A stretch of DNA of 64,000 nucleotides, from positions 12,635 to 76,634 of the forward strand of contig JBPCLO010000048.1 of assembly GCA_051003155.1 (NCBI GenBank), written 5' to 3'. Made by a program: the position numbers and the translations under genes. Shown piece by piece: positions 1 through 10,484 of the stretch. Below the pieces are notes generated by a model that was not told the origin of the DNA, did no database searches, and was given only the letters and a program-made list of their open reading frames with translations. The stretch is from Fimbriimonadales bacterium. GTDB lineage: Bacteria; Armatimonadota; Fimbriimonadia; Fimbriimonadales; ATM1. Each line of letters opens with the position of its first letter. Position 1 is the first letter of the stretch.

Positions 1-597
1 CATCCCGCGGAGAAAGGCCGTAGCCTCGATCCGGATTCTCACTTCGTCTCGCATTCGCCTAACCGAGATCGCCTTTACGTCCCGGAGCGTGTTCTCCACA
101 CCATCCAGCTCCTCACCGAAGGCTCGAAAATCGTTGCGCCCGACAAGGGCGGCGGCTGCTTTTCGCATCTTCTCCACGTCGAGCTTTCGAAAGGTCCCAT
201 AAACGAACCTGGCTCGACGCGGGTCGACGTGCTCCGACTCTGCGATTCGATACTCGTACACCCTCGATCGAGCGTAGAATCGCGAATGGAAATCCTTCGA
301 TACCTCGACGGCGTCCAGAATCCGTATCGCCGGTCCGGCCTGGCGGTTGATCGCGAGCTTCCAGTTCTCGGTGGGCATCGGATTCGCGGATGCGAAGTCG
401 GCCACGAAGCCCTTCGCGTGCGCCCCGGAATCCGTCCGGCTCGCGCCTCTTAGATCCACTTCCTCGCCGCAGATCTGGCGAATGCAACTTTTCAAGGTTC
501 CTTTCACGGTTCTGAGACCGCGCTGCTCTGCCCAGCCGCAAAAATCAGTTCCGTCGAACTCGATTAGCAGCCGAATTCGTCGTTTCTCACTAGTCAA
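1..597 (-). CDS. truA: tRNA pseudouridine(38-40) synthase TruA, 3' part runs off window edge
   Basis: Manual translation: TTG start overlapping rplQ stop, RIRLLIEFDGTDFCGWAEQ... ending IEATAFLRGM at position 1; typical position after rplQ. Confidence 0.9.
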   Translation of the reverse strand, partial: MTSEKRRIRLLIEFDGTDFCGWAEQRGLRTVKGTLKSCIRQICGEEVDLRGASRTDSGAHAKGFVADFASANPMPTENWKLAINRQAGPAIRILDAVEVSKDFHSRFYARSRVYEYRIAESEHVDPRRARFVYGTFRKLDVEKMRKAAAALVGRNDFRAFGEELDGVENTLRDVKAISVRRMRDEVRIRIEATAFLRGM

Positions 598-1021
598 TCA
601 ATTCGATAACAACCGTGGGAGCGGCATCGCCCCGGCGACGGCCGGTTCGCGTGATCCGTGTATAACCGCCCGGCCGATCCTTTGACTTCGGTGCCACATT
701 GTCGAACAGGTGCTTCACCAGGTCTTCACCGTTGATCAAGCACCTCTCCGCCAGTTCCTCCTGCGTCAATGCTAGCTTTCTGCGTGCGGGAGTGCTCGAA
801 CCATGCCCGACCAACACGCGGCGCGCTCTTCGACGAGCTGCGAGCGAATCGTCCTTGGCGAGAGTAATCAGCGGCTCGACCACCCTCCGTAATTCCTTGG
901 CGCGGCCCTCGGTCGTGTGCACGTAGCCGTGGCGGATTAGCTGCCGCGTCAGATTCGTAAGCAACGCATTGCGCTGGTCGCTGGGAAGTCCCAGCTTTCG
1001 CCTGTCGACCCGATGTCTCAT
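590..1021 (-). CDS. rplQ: 50S ribosomal protein L17
   Basis: MRHRVDRRKLG...RPGGYTRI...RRGDAAP motifs; follows rpoA. Confidence 0.97.
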   Translation of the reverse strand: MRHRVDRRKLGLPSDQRNALLTNLTRQLIRHGYVHTTEGRAKELRRVVEPLITLAKDDSLAARRRARRVLVGHGSSTPARRKLALTQEELAERCLINGEDLVKHLFDNVAPKSKDRPGGYTRITRTGRRRGDAAPTVVIELID

Positions 1022-2019
1022 TACTCTTCGTCTTCCTCTTCGTCGTCGTCGTCGAACTCGACCACTCGGGCACCTGCCTTGCCGGGCTTCAGTTCTAAAC
1101 CGCGCTCGGCCAACTTGTCACGCACTTCCTGAAGCGCTTTCTTTCCAAAGCCGCGGATTCCGAACAGATCGGCCTCGGACTGGACAACGATGTCCTTCAA
1201 GGTTGATAAATTCGCTCGCCGAAGGCAGTTGAATGTGCGTTGGCTGAAATCCATTTCCTCTACTCGGATGTCGGGAACACCCGCCAATTCTGGAGCTTCC
1301 TCACCCTCATCGTCGATGCCCAAATCCATGACCCCGCCGCCAAGCTCGAAGAACATCCGGAAGTACTTGTCGAGTATTTGCGAAGCTTGCGTAACCGCCA
1401 CATTAGGCGCCACGGCTCCGGTCGTCCAGACCTCGAGCGTGAGCCTCTCAAAGTCGGTGCGCTGCCCGACGCGGGTCTGCTCGACAGTGTAATTGACCTT
1501 CTTGACAGGGGTGAACTGAGAACCCATCGGAATGATCCCGATCGTGCCTTTGTAGCGCTCTTGCCGTTCAGGCAAAACGTATCCGGTGCCCCAACTCACG
1601 TAGAGCTCCACATAGAGCGACGTCTTGGCCTCGCTCATCGTGCAAATGTAAACTTCGGGGTTGATGATCTCGATCTCGTCGGGCGTTTGGATGTCGGCGC
1701 CGGTGACGCGGCCCTTGCCCTTGATGTCGATAACAAGCTCGCTGTCGTCCTCAGGCGGCCGCTCGGTGTTGACCCGAATCGCGACGTCACGAAGGTTCAG
1801 GAGCAGCTCGCTCATGTCTTCCTTCACGCCTGGGATCGCGGCAAATTCATGTAAGACCTTGTCGACACGGACGGCCGTGATCGCGGCCCCGGGGATCGAG
1901 CTGAGCAGAACGCGGCGCAGCGTATTGCCGATGGTCTGGCCGTACCCGCGCTCGAGCGGCGTGAGCACGAATTTGACGTAATTTGCGGTGAGTTCGAGTG
2001 TTTGAATCTGTGCGTTCAT
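1021..2019 (-). CDS. rpoA: RNA polymerase alpha subunit
   Basis: PLERGYGQTIGNTLRRVLLSS, alpha-CTD SQRTFNCLRRA. Confidence 0.98.
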   Translation of the reverse strand: MNAQIQTLELTANYVKFVLTPLERGYGQTIGNTLRRVLLSSIPGAAITAVRVDKVLHEFAAIPGVKEDMSELLLNLRDVAIRVNTERPPEDDSELVIDIKGKGRVTGADIQTPDEIEIINPEVYICTMSEAKTSLYVELYVSWGTGYVLPERQERYKGTIGIIPMGSQFTPVKKVNYTVEQTRVGQRTDFERLTLEVWTTGAVAPNVAVTQASQILDKYFRMFFELGGGVMDLGIDDEGEEAPELAGVPDIRVEEMDFSQRTFNCLRRANLSTLKDIVVQSEADLFGIRGFGKKALQEVRDKLAERGLELKPGKAGARVVEFDDDDEEEDEE

Positions 2020-2660
2020 TATCTTGTGTAGAACTCGACGATCAATTGTTCGTTGATCTCCAGGTTGAGCTCGCCCTTCGTCGGCGGCCTAAGGACCTTG
2101 CCTTCGAAAGAGTCCGAGTTTAGTTCGAGCCATTCGGGAATCGAGCGAACTCCCATCTGCTGAAGCGTTTCCTTGATATAAGCGCTCTCGCGCTTGCTCT
2201 CGTGCAGAGCCACCACGTCGCCGGGACGAAGTTGGTAGCTAGGAATATTCACTCGCTTCCCGTTCACCGTGAAGAACCGGTGAGAAACTAGCTGGCGAGC
2301 CAAACCGCGCGCGGTGGCCCAGCCCAGGCGGTAAACGACGTTGTCGAGCCGGGTCTCAAGAAGCTGGAGCATATTCTCGCCCGTAACGCCTCGCCTTCGC
2401 GTAGCTTCGTCCATATAAGCGGAAAACTGCTTCTCGCGAAGCTGGTACATCCTCTTCAGCTTCTGCTTTTCAAGGAGCTGCTCGGCGAATTCGGTCAAGC
2501 GGCGGCCGCGCATGGCGTTGTCGCCGTGCTGCCCGGGCGGCTTATTGCGGTTTTCACGCTCGATCTGGCACTTGCGCGTATAGCATCGATCGCCCTTCAA
2601 AAATAGCTTCTGGCCGGCGCGGCGGCAGAGGCGGCACTTGGCTTCCCAAATCACTGACAT
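2019..2660 (-). CDS. rpsD: 30S ribosomal protein S4
   Basis: CRLCRR..KLFLKGDRC, PPGQHG, LETRLDNVVYRLG; start re-set to ATG 2660. Confidence 0.97.
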   Translation of the reverse strand: MSVIWEAKCRLCRRAGQKLFLKGDRCYTRKCQIERENRNKPPGQHGDNAMRGRRLTEFAEQLLEKQKLKRMYQLREKQFSAYMDEATRRRGVTGENMLQLLETRLDNVVYRLGWATARGLARQLVSHRFFTVNGKRVNIPSYQLRPGDVVALHESKRESAYIKETLQQMGVRSIPEWLELNSDSFEGKVLRPPTKGELNLEINEQLIVEFYTR

Positions 2661-2664
2661 GCTG

Positions 2665-3060
2665 TTAGACTCTTCTCCTCTTGGGCGGCCGGCAGCCGTT
2701 ATGCGGCAAAGGGGTGACATCGCGAACGGAAACGACGTCGAGGCCGCTCGCCTGCAGCGCGCGCATCGCGGTTTCACGGCCACCACCCGGCCCTCGGACC
2801 CAGATATCCACTCGCTTCACGCCGTGTTCCTGGGCGCGCCGTGCACAGTCCTCCGCGGCCATCTGCGCGGCGAACGGCGTGCCCTTGCGGCTTCCCTTGA
2901 AATTGACATGCCCAGCGCTGGACCACACGATCACGTTGCCGGCTTTGTCCGTGATGGTGACGATCGTGTTGTTGAACGAGGACTTGATATGGGCAATCGC
3001 GTGGAGGATGCCTTTCGAAACCTTCTGCTTGCCTTTGGTTGTAACTGGTTTTCGAGCCAT
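2665..3060 (-). CDS. rpsK: 30S ribosomal protein S11
   Basis: [32 protein letters not shown]. Confidence 0.98.
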   Translation of the reverse strand: MARKPVTTKGKQKVSKGILHAIAHIKSSFNNTIVTITDKAGNVIVWSSAGHVNFKGSRKGTPFAAQMAAEDCARRAQEHGVKRVDIWVRGPGGGRETAMRALQASGLDVVSVRDVTPLPHNGCRPPKRRRV

Positions 3061-3068
3061 AAAATCCC

Positions 3069-3446
3069 TTACTTCGTAACTTTCTTCTTGCCGGCGACCG
3101 TCTTCTTCGGACCTTTACGGCCGCGAGCGTTGGACCGAGTGTTCTGGCCCCTCGTGGGTAGCCCGCGGCGGTGTCGCAAGCCGCGGTAGCTGCCAATCTC
3201 GATCAGGCGTCGGATGTTGGTCTGGACGTCCCTCTTGAGATCGCCCTCCACCTGATAGTCGCGCTCGATGACTTCCCTAAGGTGCGCTATGTCCTGGTCG
3301 CTTAGCTCGTTGACTTTCTTGCTGACGTCGACTCCCGCCCTTTCGCAGATCTCTTTCGAAGTCTTCCTTCCGATGCCGTAGATATAAGGAAGAGCATATT
3401 CGACCCTCTTGTCCCGCGGAAGGTCCACACCGGCGATACGAGCCAT
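3069..3446 (-). CDS. rpsM: 30S ribosomal protein S13
   Basis: [27 protein letters not shown]. Confidence 0.98.
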   Translation of the reverse strand: MARIAGVDLPRDKRVEYALPYIYGIGRKTSKEICERAGVDVSKKVNELSDQDIAHLREVIERDYQVEGDLKRDVQTNIRRLIEIGSYRGLRHRRGLPTRGQNTRSNARGRKGPKKTVAGKKKVTK

Positions 3447-3469
3447 ATGTTAGTTGTTCACTCTCATTC

Positions 3470-3583
3470 TTAGCCTTGCCTCTGCTTGTGCTTCGGGTTC
3501 GTGCACAAAACGCGCACGACGCCTTCGCGTCGCACGATCTTGCACTTATCACACATCTTCTTCACACTTGTGCGGACTTTCAT
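3470..3583 (-). CDS. rpmJ: 50S ribosomal protein L36 (Zn-binding type)
   Basis: Manual translation [37 protein letters not shown] (not in ORF track). Confidence 0.97.
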   Translation of the reverse strand: MKVRTSVKKMCDKCKIVRREGVVRVLCTNPKHKQRQG

Positions 3584-3783
3584 AAATAGCAACCATGCGC
3601 CATCGACCACCTCGTCGCCGGTAAGAACTGACGCAAGAGCGAAGTATACCGCAAAGTTTGCCCAAATCGCGGGCGACGTTCCTGGTTTGGGCCGCCTTGA
3701 TCATCTAGGTCCTTTTCGTCCTATTGCAGCTTGGGGGGTGATTCGAGGAAGGCTCCAATCGTCATAATTACACCAGCCTGACC

Positions 3784-5220
3784 ATGCTAACAATCGCAAT
3801 GCTCCTCGCCACCTCGATCACCCCCCAAACACCGCCCGAGTTCCCACGAGAGTTCCGCGCCGTCTGGGTGGCGACAGTCGACAACGTGGACTGGCCCTCG
3901 GAGCGCGGCATCCCGACCGAGCAAGCCCAAAAGGAGCTCCTAGCGATACTCGACCGGTGCGCCGAGCTCAAACTCAACGCCGTCGTCTTCCAGGTCCGCC
4001 CGAGCGCAGACGCCCTCTACAAAAGCAAGCTCGAACCCTGGTCGGAGTTCTTGACAGGCCGCCAAGGCCGCGCCCCCGACCCTAAATGGGACCCGCTCTC
4101 CTTCGCCATCGAGGAGTCTCACAAGCGCGGGCTGGAGCTCCACGCATGGTTCAACCCATACCGCGCGACTCACTTCAAGCAGATCGGGGCGAACGCGCCA
4201 TCGCACGTCAGCTTCACCAAACCGCACATCGTCCGGAAATACGGCCGGTACCTCTGGATGGACCCGGGCGAGAAGGCCACGCAAGGCCATTCGCTCGCGG
4301 TCATGATGGACGTCGTGCGCCGCTACGACGTCGACGGCGTTCACATCGACGACTATTTCTATCCGTATAAGGAAAACGACCAGGACTTCCCTGACGGTAT
4401 GAGCTACGGGCGATACAAGGCGACTGGCGGCAGCCTTGGCAAAGACGACTGGCGGCGGTGGAGCGTGGACACGTTCGTGGAGCGCCTGTACAAGTCCATC
4501 AAGGCCGAGAAACCGCACGTGAAGTTCGGGATCAGCCCGTTCGGCATCTATCGCCCCGGCATTCCGAAGGGCATCAAGGCGGGCGTGGATCAGTACGCCG
4601 ACCTCTACGCAGACGCCCGAAAGTGGCTGGTACAAGGCTGGTGCGACTACTACTCGCCGCAGCTTTACTGGCGCAACAGCCAGACCCCCCAGAGCTTCAG
4701 CACCCTTCTCAAGTGGTGGGTGAAGCAGAACCCGAAAGGCCGCCACATCTGGCCCGGCATGTACACCGGCATGGTGGACCAAGGCAAGTGGCCGGCCAAA
4801 GAGGTCACCGGCCAGATCGGCATCACGCGCCGGGTCGATGGCGCGAGCGGCAACGTGCACTATAGCATGACCGCGTTCATGAACAACCCGAAGTCGCTCA
4901 ACGTGCTCCTCAAGAAGGGCCCATACGCCGGCCCGGCGCTCATCCCCGCCTCGCCCTGGCTAGAAAAGAAGGTTCCCTCGAAGCCGGTGGTCGCAGGCGA
5001 GCATGGGACGGTTTTTCTCTCTTCTGCCGCCGGCGAGGGCGTCCGTTGGTTCGCGGTATACGCGAGGTACGGCGAGCGCTGGGTTCCGCATGTCGCCCCC
5101 GGCCCGACGGCTCGGATGATCGTGCCACCCGCTTTTAACGGCTCGCCGCTTAACGGCATCTGGGCGGCGACGGTCGGCCGAACCGGCAACCGGAGCGAAT
5201 GGACCGCGAGCGGGCGCTAA
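3784..5220 (+). CDS. Exported glycoside hydrolase-like family 10 protein (YddW/DigH-like)
   Basis: REFRAVWVATVDNVDWPS, FQVRPSADALY, LHAWFNPYRA, YDVDGVHIDDYFYPY motifs; hydrophobic N-terminus. Confidence 0.88.
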   Translation: MLTIAMLLATSITPQTPPEFPREFRAVWVATVDNVDWPSERGIPTEQAQKELLAILDRCAELKLNAVVFQVRPSADALYKSKLEPWSEFLTGRQGRAPDPKWDPLSFAIEESHKRGLELHAWFNPYRATHFKQIGANAPSHVSFTKPHIVRKYGRYLWMDPGEKATQGHSLAVMMDVVRRYDVDGVHIDDYFYPYKENDQDFPDGMSYGRYKATGGSLGKDDWRRWSVDTFVERLYKSIKAEKPHVKFGISPFGIYRPGIPKGIKAGVDQYADLYADARKWLVQGWCDYYSPQLYWRNSQTPQSFSTLLKWWVKQNPKGRHIWPGMYTGMVDQGKWPAKEVTGQIGITRRVDGASGNVHYSMTAFMNNPKSLNVLLKKGPYAGPALIPASPWLEKKVPSKPVVAGEHGTVFLSSAAGEGVRWFAVYARYGERWVPHVAPGPTARMIVPPAFNGSPLNGIWAATVGRTGNRSEWTASGR

Positions 5221-5405
5221 TTCATATTCGCGAAAAACGGGCACGGCGCACTTAGTTTTCTGCTAGCTACTTCGTCTCTGTCCCTGGGGCAACACCCCTA
5301 ACTATGAAGCGATTTTTCGAATCGCCATGTATCCGTTGAGGCGTGACCTCGTGTGGCAGGTAGCGACTCGCCGGGAGCCTCACGGCAGACGACAGTCGTT
5401 TTCCC

Positions 5406-5651
5406 TTACTTGTACCGGTAAGTAATACGCCCGCGGGAGAGGTCGTAAGGGGTGAGTTCGACGCGCACTTTGTCGCCGGGCAGGATGCGGATGTAGTACA
5501 TGCGCATCTTGCCACTGATGTGTGCGAGGACTTCGTTGCCGGTTTCCAGCTTCACCCGGAAGACCGCGCTCGGAAGCTTCTCCACGACCGTGCCTTCGAC
5601 CTCGATTCCGCGCTCTTTGTCGGTTGTCTTTAGTTTTCTTTGTCTTGCCAT
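5406..5651 (-). CDS. infA: Translation initiation factor IF-1
   Basis: [35 protein letters not shown]. Confidence 0.97.
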   Translation of the reverse strand: MARQRKLKTTDKERGIEVEGTVVEKLPSAVFRVKLETGNEVLAHISGKMRMYYIRILPGDKVRVELTPYDLSRGRITYRYK

Positions 5652-6443
5652 CTATGCCTTTAGGGCCTGGCCGCTGAGCACAGTCGGGCTGCTGCTTAGG
5701 TCTGTCAGGATCACGGGGGAGCCTTTGGTTACCAGCACCATGTGCTCGAAGTGCGCCGAGAATTTGCCGTCCTGCGTTACGGTGGTCCAGTGGTCGGCTA
5801 AGCACCGGACGTGATACTTGCCCTGATTGATCATGGGCTCGATACAGATCGTCATGCCGGCTTTCAGCCTGGGGCCGGTGCCGGGCTTTCCAAAGTTTGG
5901 GACGTTCGGCTCCTCGTGAAGGCTTCGCCCGATTCCGTGGCCCACCAAATCGCGAACCGCGGAGTAGCCGTGGCGCTCGACGTAAGAAGCGACTGCCGAG
6001 CCGATATCGCCGGTGCGGTTCCCTTCCCTTGCTTGGGCGATTCCCTGGTAGAGACTCTCCTTGGTTACGTTGAGCAAACGCTGGGCCACAGACGAGATTT
6101 CTCCGACCGCGTACGTCCAAGCCGAATCGCCGTGGAAGCCCTCAAAGAAAGCGCCGATGTCGAGGCTGACGATATCGCCTTCCAGCAAAAGCCGCGGCCC
6201 GGGGATTCCGTGGACCACTTCATCGTTCACGGAGATGCACACAGCGGCCGGGAAGCCTTTGTATCCCTTGAATGAGGGCACCGCGCCTTCGTTGCGCAAA
6301 ACCTCTTCACCGATAGCGTCGAGATCGGCGGTCGTGGACTTACCCGGAACGATCGCATCGGACATCGCATCCAGCGCTAAGCGAACCTTGCGGCCGCACT
6401 GACGCATGATCTCGATCTCGGGCGCGGTTTTGATATAGATCAC
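5652..6443 (-). CDS. map: Type I methionine aminopeptidase
   Basis: CISVNDEVVHGIP, GHGIG, IEPMIN, SAHFEH. Confidence 0.96.
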   Translation of the reverse strand: MIYIKTAPEIEIMRQCGRKVRLALDAMSDAIVPGKSTTADLDAIGEEVLRNEGAVPSFKGYKGFPAAVCISVNDEVVHGIPGPRLLLEGDIVSLDIGAFFEGFHGDSAWTYAVGEISSVAQRLLNVTKESLYQGIAQAREGNRTGDIGSAVASYVERHGYSAVRDLVGHGIGRSLHEEPNVPNFGKPGTGPRLKAGMTICIEPMINQGKYHVRCLADHWTTVTQDGKFSAHFEHMVLVTKGSPVILTDLSSSPTVLSGQALKA

Positions 6444-7069
6444 AGGACCGCTTCAATCCTTCTCTCGATCTCTTCGACCCCACCGTTGCCATCGACTTTC
6501 CGAAGGAGGCCCCTATCGCTGTAGTAGTCGAATAGCGGAGCCCTCTTCTCTTTATAAACGGCGAGTCTCTGGCGGATCGCTTCCGGCTTGTCGTCCTCGC
6601 GCACCAAAAGCGTGCCCGAACACCGTTCGCATCGTCCCGAAGAATTCGCAGCGTCGCTGGTCACCGCACCGCAGTCCCCGCATGTGCGCCGTCCGTCGAG
6701 CCTCCGCACAATGGTCTCTTCCTCGACGTCGATCGCTATAACCGCGTCCAGCTCCTGGCCGATTTCCAGCAATAAGCTGTCGAGCGCTTCGGCCTGTGGA
6801 ACGGTACGCGGAAAGCCATCCAGCAAAAAGCCAGTAGCAGCATCCGCTTTGTCAAGCCGCTCGCGGACACAGCCGATGATGAGGGCATCCGGCACGAGAT
6901 CGCCACGGACCATGTATTCCTTGGCCTGCAAGCCAACGTCGGAGCACGAATCGGCCGCCAATCTTAGTATGTCGCCGGTTGCGATGTGAGGGATACGGTA
7001 CCGATCTGCGATGGCCCTCGCCTGAGTTCCTTTGCCCACTCCGGGCGCGCCGAGAAGAATCAGCCGCAT
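6440..7069 (-). CDS. adk: Adenylate kinase (Zn-binding LID)
   Basis: GAPGVGKGTQA, LDGFPRT, CxxC...CxxC LID. Confidence 0.96.
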   Translation of the reverse strand: MRLILLGAPGVGKGTQARAIADRYRIPHIATGDILRLAADSCSDVGLQAKEYMVRGDLVPDALIIGCVRERLDKADAATGFLLDGFPRTVPQAEALDSLLLEIGQELDAVIAIDVEEETIVRRLDGRRTCGDCGAVTSDAANSSGRCERCSGTLLVREDDKPEAIRQRLAVYKEKRAPLFDYYSDRGLLRKVDGNGGVEEIERRIEAVL

Positions 7070-7074
7070 AGAAC

Positions 7075-8379
7075 CTATTTGCCGTAGCCGCGCATGATGA
7101 GATTAGCCTCGATCTGGCGCATCAGGTCAAGCACGACCGACACGATAATGAGAAGCGAGGTGCCACCGACGATCTGGAAGCCGTCGAGTCTCGTGATCAG
7201 GGGCACCCAATACGGAATGAGCGCAACCAGGGTGAGGAAGATAGCGCCCACGATCGTGATCCGCGAGATGACTCCGTCGAGGAACTGCTCGGTCTGCTTA
7301 CCCTGCCGAACGCCGGGTATGTAGGCGCCGCTCTGCTTCAGGCGAGTCGCGATGTCTTCCACGTTGTACTGAATCGCCGTCCAGAAGTACGTGAAGAAGA
7401 AGATCATCGCAGCGTAGAGGAGCGAGCCGACAATCCATTGATACCAGGCCGTGCTGCCTGGCGTCGGGTTAAACCAGCTTGCGATTGCGGTCAGTGTGTC
7501 ATTCCAAGGGGAGCCAGCCGGGGCGAAAGAGGCGAATTGCGCTGGGATAAAGACGAGCGAGATCGCGAAGATGATCGGGATGACGCCGGCGGCGTTCACC
7601 GGGATCGGCAGGTACGAAGACCCACCGCCCATCGCCTTTGTGCCCACATTGCGCCTCATATGTTGGATGTTTATCCGCCTTTGCGCTTGCGTAAAGTAAA
7701 CGACCAGCGCCGTTACGGCGACAAAGATGATGACGAGCAAAAGCGGCTGCCAGAACTGCGCCGTGCCGTCACGAAGCTCGGTCGCGATGTTGCTGATCAG
7801 CATCGGGAACGAGACAACGATACCGGCAAAGATCATAAGGCTTACGCCCTGGCCGATTCCCTTCTCCTGAATCTGTTCTCCAAGCCACAGGACGAGCATC
7901 GCGCCGGCCGTCCAAATCATGATGATCGAGAAGTAGTGGAAACCGCTTAGGGCCGGTAACGACTGCTTGAAAATCTGGATGAGCCCCCACGACTGGAACG
8001 CGCACAAGACAAGCGTTAGCAGCCGAGTCTTCTGGGCCTTCTTCATTCGAGCGTATTGGCCCCCCTCCATCTCTGCCTTCTTCATGCTGGGGATGGCGAC
8101 CGTCATGAGCTGCATGATAATCGAGGACGTGATGTATGGATTGAGTCCGAGCGAGATGATGCTGATCTTATTCAGAGCGCCGCCGCCGAAGAGATTGAGG
8201 AGGTTCAGGTAGGCGTTATCTTTCAGCACTTGTTGGATCTCGCTGGGATTGATCCCAGGGATCGGGGTGGTGATGTTCAATGCGATGACGTATACGCCAA
8301 AAATAGCGAAAATGAACAGGATTCGTTCGCGAAGTTCCGGTTCGTTCCAAGCCGCACGTAACGTATCGGCAAGCCTCAC
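7075..8379 (-). CDS. secY: Preprotein translocase SecY
   Basis: LGLNPYITSSII, WLGEQIQEKGIGQGVSL, IPGVRQG, GGTSLLI. Confidence 0.97.
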   Translation of the reverse strand: MRLADTLRAAWNEPELRERILFIFAIFGVYVIALNITTPIPGINPSEIQQVLKDNAYLNLLNLFGGGALNKISIISLGLNPYITSSIIMQLMTVAIPSMKKAEMEGGQYARMKKAQKTRLLTLVLCAFQSWGLIQIFKQSLPALSGFHYFSIIMIWTAGAMLVLWLGEQIQEKGIGQGVSLMIFAGIVVSFPMLISNIATELRDGTAQFWQPLLLVIIFVAVTALVVYFTQAQRRINIQHMRRNVGTKAMGGGSSYLPIPVNAAGVIPIIFAISLVFIPAQFASFAPAGSPWNDTLTAIASWFNPTPGSTAWYQWIVGSLLYAAMIFFFTYFWTAIQYNVEDIATRLKQSGAYIPGVRQGKQTEQFLDGVISRITIVGAIFLTLVALIPYWVPLITRLDGFQIVGGTSLLIIVSVVLDLMRQIEANLIMRGYGK

Positions 8380-8816
8380 AGCCTGATAACCTCTCCTCCA
8401 GCCTTAGTGATTTTGTCTTCCGCGGACTTGCTGAACGCATGCGCCGTGACCTTGAGCTTCTTGCTGAGGGCGCCTTGCCCGAGGATCTTGAGGCCGTCCT
8501 TGAGGTTGCCCACGAGGCCCTTCTCCCGAATCGTTTCCGGTGAGACCTCCGAGCCGGCCTCGAACGCTTCTTCGAGCGACGCGAGGTTGAGCACCGCGAA
8601 CTCGATGTGGTTGGGGTTGCGGAAGCCCTTCTTTACCGGAAGCCGTCGGTGAATCGGCGTCTGGCCTCCTTCGAATCGGGGGTGGATGTTGCGCCGCGCG
8701 CCTTGGCCCTTCATGCCACGGCCGCAGGTCTTACCCAGACCGCTGCCAATGCCCCGGCCAACGCGAACCTTCTTTTTTTTGCTGCCCATTTCGGGCTTAA
8801 GTTCATGCAGTTGCAT
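8376..8816 (-). CDS. rplO: 50S ribosomal protein L15
   Basis: RVGRGIGSGLGKTCGRG, FEGGQTP. Confidence 0.97.
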   Translation of the reverse strand: MQLHELKPEMGSKKKKVRVGRGIGSGLGKTCGRGMKGQGARRNIHPRFEGGQTPIHRRLPVKKGFRNPNHIEFAVLNLASLEEAFEAGSEVSPETIREKGLVGNLKDGLKILGQGALSKKLKVTAHAFSKSAEDKITKAGGEVIRL

Positions 8817-9006
8817 TGTCGTCCTCAGTAATCTTTACTTCGACCAGGTGGCGCACGTTGTGCAGCATCCCTCTAATCGAGGCGCTGTCTTCGTGGAAGA
8901 CCACTTGATTAACTTTATGCAAGCCGAGCGCCGCCACCGTTCGGCGGTTGCGTGGCTTGTTGCCGATGGTGCTCTTAACCAGCCTGACCCGCAACTTCAC
9001 TTTCAC
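8803..9006 (-). CDS. rpmD: 50S ribosomal protein L30
   Basis: LVKSTIG...ALGL...IRGMLHNVRHLV; position. Confidence 0.93.
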   Translation of the reverse strand: MKVKLRVRLVKSTIGNKPRNRRTVAALGLHKVNQVVFHEDSASIRGMLHNVRHLVEVKITEDDNATA

Positions 9007-9553
9007 TCTCCTGTTTTCTCGTCTGCTTAAGCCAAGGCGTCAAATCGGCCACTTCCAGGCCTCGCTGGGCGGCGCGAGTCTCGGGCTTCATAAGGTTCTT
9101 GAGCGCATCCATGGTCGCCCAAGCGCAGTTCACAGCGTTTCGGCTGCCAAGGGTTTTGGCGAGCACGTCATGGATGCCGGCAGCCTCGAGCAACGCTCGA
9201 ACAGCGCCACCTGCGACGACACCTGTGCCGGGGCTCGCCGGGCGGAGCATAACGCTGGTGCTGCCCATGCGGCCGATGATCATATGCGGAATCGTCTTTT
9301 GCACCACCGGGATATCGATCATCGACTTGCGCGCGCCCTCTTCACCCTTGCGAATCGCGTCGGGAACGCTCCGTGCCTTGCCGATCGCAGCTCCAACCTT
9401 GCCTTGACCATTGCCGGCGACTACCAGACAACTCCACGAGGGGGTCTTGCCGCCCTTGTGGGTCTTCGAAACGCGGTTCGTCTGCACCACGCGGACGTCC
9501 ATGCCGTCCGTGCTTTCTCGTTTGCCGCCACCTTGAAATCTTCCGCCTGCCAT
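8975..9553 (-). CDS. rpsE: 30S ribosomal protein S5
   Basis: RPASPGTGVVAGGAVRALLEAAG. Confidence 0.96.
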   Translation of the reverse strand: MAGGRFQGGGKRESTDGMDVRVVQTNRVSKTHKGGKTPSWSCLVVAGNGQGKVGAAIGKARSVPDAIRKGEEGARKSMIDIPVVQKTIPHMIIGRMGSTSVMLRPASPGTGVVAGGAVRALLEAAGIHDVLAKTLGSRNAVNCAWATMDALKNLMKPETRAAQRGLEVADLTPWLKQTRKQESESEVAGQAG

Positions 9554-9554
9554 C

Positions 9555-9914
9555 TTAGAACTCTAACCCAGCCTTCCTCGCCGCATTGGCGAGCACCGCG
9601 ACGCGTCCAGCGTAGCGGAAGCCACCACGGTCGAAAACGACCTTCGCGATGCCTTTCTCTTTCGCGCGCTCGGCGATCAGCTGGCCGACGTTTTCGGCGC
9701 CCTTCTTGTTGCCGCCGACGTTGCTGTCCTGCGCCTTTTCCAGGCTGCTTGCCGAGGCCACGGTAACACCTTGGCTATCGTCGATCAACTGGACGCTAAT
9801 CTGCTTCAGGCTGCGGAAAACCGCGAGCCTCGGGCGATCGGCGCTCCCTTCGACGCGTTTCCGAATGCGTGCGTGCCGCATGCTCCTACTTGCTTTGCTT
9901 GAACGTGTTGCCAT
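9555..9914 (-). CDS. rplR: 50S ribosomal protein L18
   Basis: RPRLAVFRS, VVFDRGGFRYAGRV. Confidence 0.97.
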   Translation of the reverse strand: MATRSSKASRSMRHARIRKRVEGSADRPRLAVFRSLKQISVQLIDDSQGVTVASASSLEKAQDSNVGGNKKGAENVGQLIAERAKEKGIAKVVFDRGGFRYAGRVAVLANAARKAGLEF

Positions 9915-9926
9915 CGTAAAATTTCC

Positions 9927-10484
9927 CTAAGCGGTTGCCCTCTTGCCCTGCCTGAGCTTGATCACTTCGCCCGCATAGCGAATGCCTTTGCCCTTGTACG
10001 GGTCCGGCTTCCGAACTTTGCGGATGTCGGCCGCAATTTGGCCGACGCGCTGCTTATCGATCCCGCTGACAGTGATCCTGCCGATCCGCGATCGATCCTC
10101 CTGGCCAACTTCGAAGGTGATGCCCTCTGGCGGTCTCATGCGCACGGAGTGCGAGTAACCGACGTTCAGCACCAAATCTTTGCCCTCGACGGCGGCGCGA
10201 TATCCGACCCCATGAACCTCGAGCTGTCGATAGAAGCCCTCACTGACCCCGACGACCATGTTGCTAATCAGCGTGCGCGCGAGGCCGTGCTGGCTTCTAT
10301 GCTCTCTCCGCTCGGACGGACGCTCGATCGAGAGCGTGCCTTCCTCGGCGACGATCTTAAGCTCCGGGCAAATCGGCTGCTTGAGCTCACCCTTCGGGCC
10401 CTTGATGGCCACGAGGTTATTCTCGCCGACGTCTACGGTGACGCCGCTCGGGACCGGGATGGGTTTACGGCCTATTCGGGACAT
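9927..10484 (-). CDS. rplF: 50S ribosomal protein L6
   Basis: MSRIGRKPI, PDPYKGKGIRY. Confidence 0.97.
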   Translation of the reverse strand: MSRIGRKPIPVPSGVTVDVGENNLVAIKGPKGELKQPICPELKIVAEEGTLSIERPSERREHRSQHGLARTLISNMVVGVSEGFYRQLEVHGVGYRAAVEGKDLVLNVGYSHSVRMRPPEGITFEVGQEDRSRIGRITVSGIDKQRVGQIAADIRKVRKPDPYKGKGIRYAGEVIKLRQGKRATA

